Below are positions 40,260 through 51,079 of a stretch of 64,000 nt of DNA, in pieces. Source of the DNA: Microcoleaceae cyanobacterium (lineage in GTDB: Bacteria > Cyanobacteriota > Cyanobacteriia > Cyanobacteriales > Microcoleaceae); contig JBOFUV010000034.1 in NCBI GenBank assembly GCA_051652765.1, forward strand, positions 32,001 to 96,000, in the 5' to 3' direction. A program made the translations under genes and the position numbers. The first letter of the stretch is position 1; the number at the start of each line of letters is the position of its first letter. The notes beneath the pieces were generated by a model. That model ran no database searches. It was not told the origin of the DNA and saw nothing but the letters and a program-made list of their open reading frames with translations.

Positions 40260-40475
40260 GAGAAGTCAACCTTGCTTCTATCGAAATACCTCAGGAGCTA
40301 CTACTTGATATTTACAACCACAGAGTAACCTGCTCGTCGTTAATGTCAGGTTGCTGGAAGCCACATATATAGCAATGCCCCCTAAACTTCCTGGTTAAGG
40401 CACTGGATATAGTGGCACATTAATTGATACAGAGGCTATACTACACTGGGAGGCTAAAGTTTTCTCACACGAAAA

Positions 40476-41102
40476 ATGGCAAAAAATAGTGGTCGTGGGC
40501 GCATCCGTGTTTTTTTCGCAGAGGTTGAGGGTGATGATGAAACTATTCAAGAAGGTCTGCAGGCAATCAACGTAGCCGCAAACAAAATTTTTCAGTCTTC
40601 TCCAAAGATTGTCAAAATATTGCCAGCTTCTGCAACTCCTCTTGATGAAGATGAACTCCTTGAGGAGCTAGATTCAGAGAATGAAGAGGACAATCTGGTT
40701 TCAGCCAGTGTGACTGCGAACTCGAAACCTAAAAAGAGTTCATCTAAGCCTCCTATTATGTCAATAGTGAAAGATTTGAACTTGCGACCAGAAGGCAAAC
40801 TTTTATTTAGGGACTTCTATGCCCAGAAAAAACCATCTACTCAAGAGCAAGCTGTTACGGTTGCAGTTTATTACCTGAAGCGAGTTCTGGAATTAGATAA
40901 GGTAACGCCAGAGCATGTATTTACTTGCTTCAAAGATGTTGAACGAAAAACTCCAAAACACATGCCTCAAACTATTCGGGATACTGCAAAACGTAGAGGA
41001 TGGGTTGATACCTCAGAACGAGGCAGTATCAGAATTACTAACCACGGTGAGAACTTAGTTGAGCATGACTTACCTGCTTCCAATGGCAAAAAAGGTTCAT
41101 AG
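40476..41102 (+). CDS. Hypothetical protein with acidic linker and C-terminal winged-helix-like domain
   Basis: 208 aa. The C-terminal pattern AVYYL...KVTPEHVFTCF...QTIRDTAKRRGWVD...IRITNHGENLVE resembles a wHTH. Seven bp separate it from the next ORF. Confidence 0.7.
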   Translation: MAKNSGRGRIRVFFAEVEGDDETIQEGLQAINVAANKIFQSSPKIVKILPASATPLDEDELLEELDSENEEDNLVSASVTANSKPKKSSSKPPIMSIVKDLNLRPEGKLLFRDFYAQKKPSTQEQAVTVAVYYLKRVLELDKVTPEHVFTCFKDVERKTPKHMPQTIRDTAKRRGWVDTSERGSIRITNHGENLVEHDLPASNGKKGS

Positions 41103-41109
41103 CACATAG

Positions 41110-41838
41110 ATGGAGCTAGAAGATTTTTGCATTCGACTCAATCAGCTTGAACTTTCAAATGCTCAACGTGCATTAGCTATTCTCTGGTTTCATGACTCTG
41201 AAACAACGGGTATATATATGAAAGCAAGTGCGCTGGCACGTGCTATTTATACGAGTGGACTTGGCAATCCTCACCCAACACAGCTTGAAGAAGCAATTGT
41301 GAAGACAAAACTTGCACTCAAAAACAAGGCTGGATTTAAGCTCAAGCCAACCGAGCGCGATACGATTAAAAGTTGGCTTGTGCCAATTCTAGAGCGGGTA
41401 GTTGCTGATGTTGATTTAGATCATGGCTACCTACCAGAAGCAGTGTGGAAGAATACAAGGGGCTATATTGAAAAAATTGCTTTTCAGATAAATGGTTGCT
41501 TTCAATATGGATTTTATGATGGTGCATCCGTGCTTCTTCGTCGGCTAGTTGAGACACTTCTAATTGAGTGTTACGAACATGATAAAACTCAAGCCCGTAT
41601 AGCTGATTCTGATGGCAATTATTTTATGCTGTCAGGAATTATTGCTGATGCTGTTGATAAAAGTGGACTTTAACTAGGTCGTGAAACAAAATCTGTTCTG
41701 CGCGAATTGAAAGCTATTGGTGATCGATCGGCTCATAATAGACGATACAACGCTGTTCGCGCTGATTTAGAAAAAATCCGTTTAGGAGTGCGGTTGGTAG
41801 TAGACGAGTTAATTCAGCTAGCAGAGTTGAGACGTTAA
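41110..41838 (+). pseudogene. DUF4145/HEPN-like protein interrupted by an in-frame TAA at 41671-41673
   Basis: The 187-aa ORF has YDGASVLLRRLVETLL. The frame continues for 54 codons after the TAA (LGRETKSVLRELKAIGDRSAHNRRYNAVRADLEKIRLGVRLVVDELIQLAELRR*), including a G-D-x-S-A-H HEPN-like motif. Confidence 0.8.
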
Positions 41839-41900
41839 GTTGTTTTCATACCTCTGCAATCTTCCTCAATCATGTGTGCAAGTTACGAAGAGTTCTACAC

Positions 41901-42347
<447 letters not shown>

Positions 42348-42356
42348 TATTCGGAT

Positions 42357-43514
42357 ATGACACACAAGACTATTGACTTATTTTCTGGCGCGGGTGGCTT
42401 GACTACAGGATTCAATCTGGCAGGTTTTGAATCTTTATGCGCGATCGATGTAGATGCGAAAGCCCTAGCAACCTACAAGCACAATTACGCAAACACCAAA
42501 ATCGTTCATCAGGATATCTGTGAGGTTAATCCTTTAGATTTGCGATTAAGTTTGGGCTTGCAAAGGGAAGAAGTAACAGCGTTGATAGGTGGGCCTCCAT
42601 GCCAAGGATTTTCAAGAAACATCCCTGCTGACTATCGTTACCTCAGCGACTCTCGCAATCAGCTATATCGGACATTCTTGGAATTCGTCCAGGAATTTAG
42701 ACCCCTTTACGTTGTTATGGAGAACGTACCCGAAATTTTGAAAGCTTATAGTGGTGTAGTTAAGGATGAAATTACTCAACAACTTGAATCACAAGGTTAT
42801 AAAGTCACTTGTGCATCACTAAACTCAGCGCATTATGGAGTACCGCAGACTCGATCAAGGGCTTTTTTCGTGGCCAGTTTAGATAAACCATTTCAATTTC
42901 CTGAACCTACACATGCTGGCGAGATTAGAAGTGATTACAGAGCTACAAAATCTTGTACTCAACTTACTCTCCTGAAACCAAACATTTCTTTAGTCGTCAC
43001 AGTTAGAGATGCAATTGGTGATCTGCCACCATTGAACGCAGGACAAGAATATGATGCTGAGGCTTATCCTTTTCCACCCCAAACTCCCTACCAAGCAATG
43101 ATACGTAATGGAAGCACCAAACTTTTCAATCACGTTGCTCGTGCTTTGAGTCCTATTCAAATGTCGAGAGCACGTCTTCTTAGTGAAGGGCAAGACGCTA
43201 GAGACTTACCGCCTGAATTAGCTCCTAAAAAGCACTATAGCGGTGCATACGGCAGGCTTTACTGGGATAAACCAGCAAGAACTATCACAAGATGGGTTTT
43301 CCATCCAGGATCTGGCAGATTCTTTCACCCAACCCAAGATCGGACAATTACAATCCGTGAAGCTGCAAGATTACACTCTTATCCAGATAACTTTCATTTT
43401 CTGGGAACGTACACGGATATGGCTTCTCAAGTCGGAGAATCAGTCCCCCCACTTCTAGGCAAAGTAATAGCTGAATCTATTCTCCAAGCTCACTGTCAAA
43501 AGATTGCATACTGA
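42357..43514 (+). CDS. DNA (cytosine-5)-methyltransferase of a type II R-M system
   Basis: Motifs I DLFSGAGG, IV GGPPCQGFS, VI MENV, VIII QTRSRAF, IX IREAARLHSYPD and X QVGESVPP. Confidence 0.96.
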   Translation: MTHKTIDLFSGAGGLTTGFNLAGFESLCAIDVDAKALATYKHNYANTKIVHQDICEVNPLDLRLSLGLQREEVTALIGGPPCQGFSRNIPADYRYLSDSRNQLYRTFLEFVQEFRPLYVVMENVPEILKAYSGVVKDEITQQLESQGYKVTCASLNSAHYGVPQTRSRAFFVASLDKPFQFPEPTHAGEIRSDYRATKSCTQLTLLKPNISLVVTVRDAIGDLPPLNAGQEYDAEAYPFPPQTPYQAMIRNGSTKLFNHVARALSPIQMSRARLLSEGQDARDLPPELAPKKHYSGAYGRLYWDKPARTITRWVFHPGSGRFFHPTQDRTITIREAARLHSYPDNFHFLGTYTDMASQVGESVPPLLGKVIAESILQAHCQKIAY

Positions 43515-44226
43515 GTTGATCTTGCAAAGCTGAGAGAATAGTCTGTACATATCGATCAAGTGTAAGACGATTTCGCTCAACCCTAATATGAACCGCTTCT
43601 GGAGGAATGGTTCTAGCTCTGAAAAGTTGCTTTTGATTCTTGTACCAAACTAACTCTGTCTTACCTGCAATACTACCTTGTAGCCCTGCTCGTGATCTCC
43701 CAGTGACTCTATCAACTGTCCAAACCCAAGAAAAATCATTTGGGTCAAATGGATTGAGAGGAAATTCACAGTAGATATATTCATATCCTCTAATGGTTTT
43801 CAGCAATATGCCTTCATAGCTATTTGTAATATTCTGTGATGTTTTACTCGATATAATTTTCTCGTTCCAATGCTGAACAATAGCTGCTCCTAGGTCAGCA
43901 GGTGAGGATTGTTCAGTTAAATTAGGAAAGCCAAGTTGGACAGCTTTTTTGATGATATCTGCTCTCTGAATCACAAACAAAAATGTATTTACAGATGTAA
44001 GACTGTTCAGTTGAAGAGACTTGAGTGACCAGCCAGTTGCAGTGGTGATGTCAACGGCATCATATAAGAGTTTGCTACGTCCTAACGCTGGATCTGATAA
44101 AGGAATATTCTTAATATAATGAAAAATTGCCTCCCAAGTATAATCTTCTATCGAACCGATAACTGGAGACGCAATAGTCGCAATAATGGCTTGCCTCAAT
44201 CTTTCAATCTCATTTTCCTTCAGCAC
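43477..44226 (-). CDS. Putative type II restriction endonuclease, family not recognised
   Basis: 249 aa; convergent with and overlapping the MTase gene; overlaps the controller gene upstream; candidate PD-(D/E)xK-like residues E32, D56 and S67-x-K69. Confidence 0.65.
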   Translation of the reverse strand: MLKENEIERLRQAIIATIASPVIGSIEDYTWEAIFHYIKNIPLSDPALGRSKLLYDAVDITTATGWSLKSLQLNSLTSVNTFLFVIQRADIIKKAVQLGFPNLTEQSSPADLGAAIVQHWNEKIISSKTSQNITNSYEGILLKTIRGYEYIYCEFPLNPFDPNDFSWVWTVDRVTGRSRAGLQGSIAGKTELVWYKNQKQLFRARTIPPEAVHIRVERNRLTLDRYVQTILSALQDQLSMQSFDSELGE

Positions 44227-44455
44227 TCAAGAGTTCCTCCACGGCTCGTAAAAACTCCCCCATTGTTATGTCCAGAGCATTTGTAATGTGGCTAAGAACT
44301 CTAACAGATGGACTTTTTAGCCCTCGTTCAAGCTGGCTGATGTATGTTCTGTGCAGACCTGTAACTTCTGCCAGATATTCCTGTGACCAACCTTTCTCAA
44401 TACGACGACGTTGTATCTCTAGTCCTAAAATTTGGTCTAGTTTGCTAAGCTGCAT
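44210..44455 (-). CDS. XRE-family HTH controller (C) protein
   Basis: LG.EIQRRR.EKGWSQE.LAEVTGLHRTYISQLERG.KSPS, typical of R-M C proteins. ATG 44455 is preferred over the upstream TTG/GTG-type start of the ORF track. Confidence 0.88.
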   Translation of the reverse strand: MQLSKLDQILGLEIQRRRIEKGWSQEYLAEVTGLHRTYISQLERGLKSPSVRVLSHITNALDITMGEFLRAVEELLSAEGK

Positions 44456-44470
44456 ATAAAAATGAAGATT

Positions 44471-44517
44471 AACGCTTTGAATACCAAAGTTCCACAGACT
44501 AAAGTATTCAAAGCGTT
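44471..44517 (-). promoter_or_regulatory. Double C-box operator upstream of the C-R operon
   Basis: Minus strand AACGCTTTGAATACTTTAGTCTGTGGAACTTTGGTATTCAAAGCGTT: a 14-bp perfect inverted repeat with a 19-bp spacer, and two operator-like sites 15 bp apart sharing the GAATAC/GTATTC half-site with the MTase palindrome. Confidence 0.75.
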
Positions 44518-44568
44518 GTGTAAGCACTGATTGCTCAGCATTTAGCTAACTCCATGGCAGTGTACGCA

Positions 44569-44654
44569 CCATAACAAATCACTGCACCCGACTCTTGACT
44601 TAGAAGAACCGATCAAGTGTTTACCAATTAAAGCGGGTGAGTTGATCGTTACAT
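44569..44654 (+). mobile_element. Integron attC recombination site
   Basis: R'' CCATAAC, 5-bp spacer AAATC, L'' ACTGCACCCG, L' CGGGTGAGT (complement of L'' minus one extra base), 5-bp spacer TGATC, R' GTTACAT; 86 bp. Confidence 0.75.
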
Positions 44655-45075
44655 ACTTCGTTTCTGGATTAGGAACGGTTTTATCAATTAGTTGCAAGTG
44701 CTAAACTCTGCTCAGAGATAGGGTTAGGGATTACCTCTCCTTTTGAGTTCTGTTTCGAGTAGCTAGCGATCTCGATATTTATCAGAAGGCTTGGTGCCAC
44801 GATTAGTTTTTTAGCACTTTTACTTACTTAAAAAAACACCAAGTAAACTTACTCAGCAACTCACTAAGCTACTGAGCTGCTTAAATAATAACCAACTGAA
44901 TGATCGGAGTGTTTGGAAGCAACGATTTTCAAGGATTTCGGCTCCCCTTCTCCTTTTGGGGAAGAAGGGGTTGAGGATAGTAGAAGGCTTGCTGAGTAAG
45001 CGTTTCACCTACTTGTACGTAAGGGATAGCCTTAATAAGGGGGGTGGCTTTGACCGGGGGATCATGTTAAGTCTT

Positions 45076-46116
45076 TCAGGCAACGGTCTGGATTACCTGA
45101 TTGACAAACAACTCACAAGTGTCTCCTCGATATCCCCGCTTAGGAGTAATAAAGACTTCTTGACCCGACTGCAGCCCCAACTGATTAAACTGTTCTCGGC
45201 TCAAGCGGGCAAACACATGATGTTGATCGGCGAACACCAAATCCACCTGCACATCTGAACCCAGGTGAATAATGCGTTGAACCCAAGCCGCAGTCGCTTG
45301 ATCATCAGGAGAGTCCGATACCTGGATATCATGGGGACGAACATAAACATGGGGTTGGGAGAAATCAACATCCTGTTCCCAGAACAGAGCATGGGCAGGA
45401 ACAACATTCACTGCCCCAATAAAATCCATCACAAACGGGGTAGCTGGGCGGTCATAGATTTCAGCCGGGGTTCCGACTTGTTCAATCTTGCCGTGATTCA
45501 TCACCACGATTTCATCGGCTACAGCCATCGCCTCCTCCTGGTCATGGGTGACAAATACACTCGTGACATGAACTCTGTCATGCAACTGCCGCAACCAACT
45601 GCGTAACTCCTGGCGCACCTTGGCATCCAACGCTCCGAAGGGTTCATCCAACAACATCACTTCTGGTTGCACAGCCAAAGCCCGAGCCAGAGCTACTCGT
45701 TGGCGCTGACCTCCGGACAGTTGGGCTGGATAGCGATTGCCCAATCCCTCAAGTTGGATTAACCTTAACAATTCCTCGACATGCTGCTTGATTGACTCAG
45801 CATTGTATTTCCGAATTTCCAGCCCAAAGGCAATATTCTGACGCACCGTCAGATGCTTAAACAAGGCATAGTGTTGGAAGACAAATCCCACATTCCGTTG
45901 GCGCACATCGAGATAGGTCGTGTCCTGACCATCAATCCAGATACTGCCTGTGTCGGGCGCTTCCAATCCAGCAATCGCTCTCAACAGGGTAGACTTGCCC
46001 GAACCAGAGGGGCCCAGTAATGCCACCAGTTTTCCTGTTTTGACCGTGAGGTTGATATCGTCAAGGGCGTGGAAGTCCCCGAAGTGCTTGGAAACATGTT
46101 TGATGGTGATACTCAT
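45076..46116 (-). CDS. cysA: Sulfate ABC transporter ATP-binding protein
   Basis: [29 protein letters not shown] and [14 protein letters not shown]; last gene of the sulfate operon. Confidence 0.95.
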   Translation of the reverse strand: MSITIKHVSKHFGDFHALDDINLTVKTGKLVALLGPSGSGKSTLLRAIAGLEAPDTGSIWIDGQDTTYLDVRQRNVGFVFQHYALFKHLTVRQNIAFGLEIRKYNAESIKQHVEELLRLIQLEGLGNRYPAQLSGGQRQRVALARALAVQPEVMLLDEPFGALDAKVRQELRSWLRQLHDRVHVTSVFVTHDQEEAMAVADEIVVMNHGKIEQVGTPAEIYDRPATPFVMDFIGAVNVVPAHALFWEQDVDFSQPHVYVRPHDIQVSDSPDDQATAAWVQRIIHLGSDVQVDLVFADQHHVFARLSREQFNQLGLQSGQEVFITPKRGYRGDTCELFVNQVIQTVA

Positions 46117-46219
46117 GGTAGGAATTTAAGAATAAAGGACAGTAAGCTGGACAATTCTCATCGGTTAAGCTGAGGCTACAGAACCCAAACTGCTTGATCA
46201 AACTTAAGGCAGAGGATCA

Positions 46220-47155
46220 TTAATGGGTTCCCAACTTTCGTTGAGTCCGGCGCTCCAGGATTTCTTTGAGCACTAGGGTGACAACCGCAAGGAGGGCTAA
46301 AATGGCCGCCGCACCAAAGGCCGCTTCATCCTGATAGTTTTTGTGAGCCTGCTCTACAAAGCAGGGTAACGTCAGGGTACGGCCCGCAACCAAACCAGAA
46401 ACGACTGAAACTGCCCCAAACTCCCCCATGGCTCTGGCGTTCGTCAATAGCATCCCGTACAACAACCCCCATTTGATATTAGGCAGGGTGACTCGCCAAA
46501 ATATCTGCAACCCACTGGCTCCCAAGGTTTTAGCTGCTTCTTCCTGATCAGCACCGACTTCTTCCAACACCGGCAGCACCTCTCTGGCCACAAAGGGCAT
46601 CGTCACAAACATCGTCGCGATCACCATCCCCGGTACGGCGAAGACAATCTTGAGATCAAACCGCTCTAGCCAGGGAGCAAACCATCCGTTACTTCCATAG
46701 AGCAGGACAATCATCAGTCCCGCAACCACGGGAGAAATGGCAAAGGGCAGGTCAATAATACTGATTAACAAAGTCCGTCCGGGAAAGTGATGGCGGGCAA
46801 TTCCCCAAGCGGCACAGAGGCCAAACAGGGTGTTCAGGGGGAGGCAAATCGCAGCGATTAACAGCGTTAGTTTCACCGCATGGAGGAATTCTCGGGTACT
46901 GGCAGCATTCAGAAACGGGGCAATTCCTTTATGAAACGCTTCGTAGAATACGACAACAGCAGGAATAAACAACACCAGAAACAAGTACGTTAGGGCAATT
47001 CCAATCAGCACGCCTTCGACGGGAATTTGTCGCACTCGATGAGCCAGAGTAGATCTGACCCCTGACGGTTGCCCTTTCCCTGGCGGAGTCAGTTGCGGTA
47101 AAGCTTCATCAACCTTATAAGTCATCTTCTGAACCATCTTTTGATTTGTTTCCAC
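46220..47155 (-). CDS. cysW: Sulfate ABC transporter permease CysW
   Basis: DLPFAISPVVAGL, QEEAA.TLGA, VTLPNIKWGLLYG and ARAMGEFGAVSVVSG. Confidence 0.95.
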   Translation of the reverse strand: METNQKMVQKMTYKVDEALPQLTPPGKGQPSGVRSTLAHRVRQIPVEGVLIGIALTYLFLVLFIPAVVVFYEAFHKGIAPFLNAASTREFLHAVKLTLLIAAICLPLNTLFGLCAAWGIARHHFPGRTLLISIIDLPFAISPVVAGLMIVLLYGSNGWFAPWLERFDLKIVFAVPGMVIATMFVTMPFVAREVLPVLEEVGADQEEAAKTLGASGLQIFWRVTLPNIKWGLLYGMLLTNARAMGEFGAVSVVSGLVAGRTLTLPCFVEQAHKNYQDEAAFGAAAILALLAVVTLVLKEILERRTQRKLGTH

Positions 47156-47232
47156 ACTCTCTTCTGAACTAACCTTCTGAACTAACCTTCAATTAACCTT
47201 CTAAACCTGTAGCACCCTCTGGAGTAATATCC

Positions 47233-48081
47233 CTAGGCTTTAATGCCGTAGCGTTGTCCCCAGCGTTGCAAGCTGTTGATCACCAGCAGCATAGCTAACG
47301 AAATCATCAACATCACTGTGCCAATCACCGCTGCCCCGGCATAGTCGTACTGTTCCAACCGCTGAAATACAAGCACCGGAGCAATCAAATCCTTGAATGG
47401 AATCGCGGAAGAGATAATCACCACTGACCCGTATTCCCCAACCGCCCGAGAAAATCCCAGGGCCACTCCGGTCAAGATAGAAGGCAATAACGGGGGCAGC
47501 AACACCCGCCAGAAGGTTTGGAGGGAAGATGCCCCCAGAATTTGAGCGGCCTCTTCTACCTCCGGTTCCATTTCCTGCAACACGGGTTGCAACGTTCGCA
47601 CCACAAAAGGTAAGGAGATAAAAATCATTGCCACTAAAACCCCCAAGCGAGTAAAGGCGATCTTGATACCCAAGGGGGCAAAAAACTGACCAATCCAGCC
47701 TTGTTCGCTGTAGAGGGTTGCCAATACTAGCCCCGCCACCGCAGTTGGGAGGGCAAAGGGTAAGTCAATCATGGCATCCACGATTTTTTTGCCTGGAAAG
47801 CTGTACCGTACCAACACCCAGGCCACCAGCACCCCCATCACTCCATTAATTAACCCAGCTAACAACGCCGTGATAAACGTAACGGCGTAAGCAGAGAGGG
47901 CAACTGGAGCGGTGGCAATCGTCCAAAACTCACCCAGGCCAATGGCAAACGATTTGGTAAATAGTGCTGCCACTGGTAGGAGCAACAGCAGAGAAAGCTG
48001 CACAATCGTAACAACCCAAGGGATAGAAACTCGCCTCAGGTTTGGATCAATCGTTTGGCGCAATGGAGTCAACGGATTCAT
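47233..48081 (-). CDS. cysT: Sulfate ABC transporter permease CysT
   Basis: DLPFALPTAVAGL, LPFVVRTLQPVL and FSRAVGEYGSVV. Start moved to ATG 48081. Confidence 0.95.
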   Translation of the reverse strand: MNPLTPLRQTIDPNLRRVSIPWVVTIVQLSLLLLLPVAALFTKSFAIGLGEFWTIATAPVALSAYAVTFITALLAGLINGVMGVLVAWVLVRYSFPGKKIVDAMIDLPFALPTAVAGLVLATLYSEQGWIGQFFAPLGIKIAFTRLGVLVAMIFISLPFVVRTLQPVLQEMEPEVEEAAQILGASSLQTFWRVLLPPLLPSILTGVALGFSRAVGEYGSVVIISSAIPFKDLIAPVLVFQRLEQYDYAGAAVIGTVMLMISLAMLLVINSLQRWGQRYGIKA

Positions 48082-48122
48082 AATTTTACGACTTGAATTT
48101 TCGGTGAGAAACTCAACAATAC

Positions 48123-48413
48123 TTACACCCCGTGCTCGAACCAATCGTCCCAACTCGTTGTATTTCCGCCAGTCCAGATCTCTAGATGCAAGCTTTTCAG
48201 GTAGATCAAGGCATTTTCGAGATCAGCTTTTTTACCTTCTAAATTCAGGTCAAACCAACCATCTCCATTGCCATTCGCCCCAAGAATTGCTGCCGTAATC
48301 GTGATCGTTAAACCATAATCAGACACAAGCTGAGAAATCACGGGTTCCTGATGGTAATGCTGGGGAATTCTCAGGCGAATTCGTTGTTGAACAAGGGTTT
48401 TTGCTGTTTTCAT
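48123..48413 (-). CDS. NIL-domain protein
   Basis: RIRLRIP..YHQEPVISQLVS.YGL..TI.AAILG....GWFDL.LEG; lies within the sulfate operon. Confidence 0.85.
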   Translation of the reverse strand: MKTAKTLVQQRIRLRIPQHYHQEPVISQLVSDYGLTITITAAILGANGNGDGWFDLNLEGKKADLENALIYLKSLHLEIWTGGNTTSWDDWFEHGV

Positions 48414-48450
48414 CGTCAATAGCTGGAAAGAACTGCCTGCCCTAAACGTG

Positions 48451-49572
48451 CTATCTGGACTGAGCAATTTGGGCTTGAATTTCGTCGAACATGGCACCAT
48501 CTGCAAAAAATTGAGTTTGAACGGTATTCCAACCGCCTAAATCCTTCACCGTAAACAGCTTTTGAATTTTGGGATATTGGCTGGCAAATTCAGTCTCAAC
48601 TTCAGGCACAATGGGACGGAACCCAACCTTGGCAAATTCCCGCTGGGCTTCAGGTGTAAATAGATAGGCGGCAAAGGCTTCGGCCACTGTCCGTGTGCCA
48701 TGTTTGTCAACGTTTGTATCCACGATTGCAACTGGGCTATCAATTGAAATGTTGTAATCGGTCGGGATCGCGTAAGGTTGGGATTCTCCCTTCTGAGCCG
48801 CGAGAATCACTTCGTTTTCATAGTTGATCAGGACAGTTCCCTGACCTTGTTTGTAGAACACATCGCTAGCTGCACGGGCATCTTTCGCCAGCACTGGCAC
48901 TTGTTGATAGACCTGTTGTACAAAAGCTTGAGCTTCTGGTTCACTGCCTCCGGCCTGGGTGACAGCTCCCCACAAGGCCATAAAGTTCCATCGGGCGACT
49001 CCAGAGGTTTTAGGATTGGCGGTGATCACGGCAACCCCCTCTTTTGATAAATCTGACCAGCCCTTCACGTCTATCGATTCATCCCGTTTGACCAAGGCCA
49101 CCACTGACTTGTGAACAATGGCATCGTTCGGGAGTTCCTGTTCCCAACCCGGTTGAATCAGCCCAGCCTTTTCAATTTTCTCCGTATCCAGGGCTAGGGC
49201 CAGAGCGACGATATCGGCCTCTAGTCCATCAATTACGGCTCTGGTTTGAGACCCTGAACCCCCATAACTCTGGTCAAATACGACTTTTTCTCCCGTTTTG
49301 GCTTCCCACTCCGCCGCAAACTTGGGAATGATTTTTTCATAGGCACTCTGGGTCACTGCATAAGACACGAGGGTTAGTCTTTTCTCTTCCCCTTGACCCG
49401 TCGTGCTCGTAGTTGTTGCCTGACTATCCGGACTTGTATTGGAACCGGTTACTTGAGTATTGGCGCTCTGGTTTGACGGTGAGCACGCGGCCAGGAACCC
49501 ACTCAGTACAACTGTTGTGGCCAACCCCATAACCCCAAAGCAGGCACGCCGAGACTGAAAAGACGAATTCAT
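48451..49572 (-). CDS. sbp: Sulfate ABC transporter substrate-binding lipoprotein
   Basis: Lipobox LAAC, QSYGGSGSQTRAVIDGL, TANPKTSG.ARWNF and INYENE. Confidence 0.95.
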   Translation of the reverse strand: MNSSFQSRRACFGVMGLATTVVLSGFLAACSPSNQSANTQVTGSNTSPDSQATTTSTTGQGEEKRLTLVSYAVTQSAYEKIIPKFAAEWEAKTGEKVVFDQSYGGSGSQTRAVIDGLEADIVALALALDTEKIEKAGLIQPGWEQELPNDAIVHKSVVALVKRDESIDVKGWSDLSKEGVAVITANPKTSGVARWNFMALWGAVTQAGGSEPEAQAFVQQVYQQVPVLAKDARAASDVFYKQGQGTVLINYENEVILAAQKGESQPYAIPTDYNISIDSPVAIVDTNVDKHGTRTVAEAFAAYLFTPEAQREFAKVGFRPIVPEVETEFASQYPKIQKLFTVKDLGGWNTVQTQFFADGAMFDEIQAQIAQSR

Positions 49573-49799
49573 AGGTTTTCTCAAAGAAGGTGTAAGTCAA
49601 CGCCACAAAGAAAAAGGATCAGAAGGAGTTGAGAGGAGGTCTCAGTCCTTCATTTCCATCTGCGTACGTTGAATCCGATTGTACATGAATTTAATTTGAA
49701 TTTCAATACATTTTGAATTTAATCAAAAGCTACTCAAAAAATTATTCAAGACATTAATGATGTGGGATGGCTATCTCGTCCGCCTCAGTCAAGCAACAA

Positions 49800-49828
49800 A
49801 ATCAGGGCGAGGTCACCTCGCCCTGATT
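49800..49828. repeat. Perfect 14-bp inverted repeat (REP-like)
   Basis: AATCAGGGCGAGGT-C-ACCTCGCCCTGATT. Confidence 0.8.
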
Positions 49829-49909
49829 GAAAATCTGGGTGCTGAAAAAATATCAGTGTTGAAATTGACTCTGTAGGAGCCCCCAACCTTTAGGCTCCCC
49901 TGGGATCTC

Positions 49910-51079
49910 CTAACAACAATCGGTCGGGTCGCAGCAGGAACCGTTATCACTGGTAACCGTGGCTCGGTAGTCCAACCCTTTGGTTTCCTGAGGACGGCGG
50001 ATGGCATTTACCTTGCAGTTGAACTCCGTTGCGGTCTCCACAGGGACTTCCTGCAAGGGCACAACGGGGATTAAATCCAGGTGATAAGGACTATTGGGAT
50101 GAGTATAAAGTTGAAAGGTTTTGTCACAGACCGCCATCCGTTGACCCCGACAGAGGGTATGACCATCATCATCCATCACCTGCTTCCAAGGGCCCTTGTA
50201 AATTACGGCTTGGTTCCGTTCTAGACAAATCCCCTCTTTGCCCTTGAATGCCTGAACCGTGAGGGAACGAAACTCAATGCCATTGACAATTTGCCAAGGC
50301 TCTTCCTGGCGAGTCAGAATTTCAATGCCGTAGAATCCGGCTTGCTCAAACCGTTTCAAAAATTCATCCTCACGAAATGCGCCCGCAATACAACCACTCC
50401 AAAGTTCAGGATCATTCAAAATTTCTGACGTAGGCTGTTCATCGCAAACAATATCTGAAATGATTGCCCGTCCACCGCGCTGCAATACCCGGTAGATTTC
50501 TTGAAATAATTTTTGCTTTTCCTGGGGACGGACTAGGTTCAGCACACAGTTAGAAATGACGACATCTATACTGTTATCCGCAATCAAGGGAGATTCACGG
50601 CGGAGGCGATCGCACTCGGCCTCAAAAGCTGAAATTTGTTCGATGGAGGTAATGGGATGGGCTGTGAGCCACCGTTGAACCCGATCCAGATCCAGGGCCA
50701 AGTCTTGAATTTTCCCCTTCATAAATTGGGTATTGGCATACCCCAATTTGTTGGCCATTTCAGCTTGATACTTGCGGGAAAGAGCCAGCATCTCATCATT
50801 AAAATCTACCCCAATAATCTTGCCGGTCGAGCCTACTTTTTGAGCCAGAATATAGCAGTTTTTCCCCGCACCCGATCCTAGATCTAAAACAGTTTCACCC
50901 CAGTTAACATAACGAGTTGGGTCACCACAGCCATAGTCTTTCTCAATAATTTCTTGAGGTAGTTTTTCGAGGTAGTTTCCTTCATATTCTGTTGGACAAC
51001 ATAAGGAAGGCTGGGGCGCTTTTGCTCCTTGTTTATAGCGTTCAATGACTGTTGATTCAATATTGTAACTTGTTGTCAT
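49910..51079 (-). CDS. ArsM/AS3MT-like cysteine-rich SAM methyltransferase
   Basis: SLCCPTEY, DYGCGDP, VLDLGSGAG, DVVISNCVLNL, WSGCIAGA and C-terminal CCDPTDCC. Start moved to ATG 51079. Confidence 0.8.
   Translation of the reverse strand: MTTSYNIESTVIERYKQGAKAPQPSLCCPTEYEGNYLEKLPQEIIEKDYGCGDPTRYVNWGETVLDLGSGAGKNCYILAQKVGSTGKIIGVDFNDEMLALSRKYQAEMANKLGYANTQFMKGKIQDLALDLDRVQRWLTAHPITSIEQISAFEAECDRLRRESPLIADNSIDVVISNCVLNLVRPQEKQKLFQEIYRVLQRGGRAIISDIVCDEQPTSEILNDPELWSGCIAGAFREDEFLKRFEQAGFYGIEILTRQEEPWQIVNGIEFRSLTVQAFKGKEGICLERNQAVIYKGPWKQVMDDDGHTLCRGQRMAVCDKTFQLYTHPNSPYHLDLIPVVPLQEVPVETATEFNCKVNAIRRPQETKGLDYRATVTSDNGSCCDPTDCC

Noticed and set aside
44942..45060. 100-aa ORF 44956-45258 and the GC-rich palindromes CCCCTTCT..AGAAGGGG and CCTTAATAAGG
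   Set aside because: The ORF is antisense to cysA and runs through common cyanobacterial intergenic palindromic repeats; no coding evidence.
48123..48413. NIL-domain gene in the sulfate operon as a novelty
   Set aside because: A small ORF of this kind is a recurring member of cyanobacterial sulfate transport clusters.
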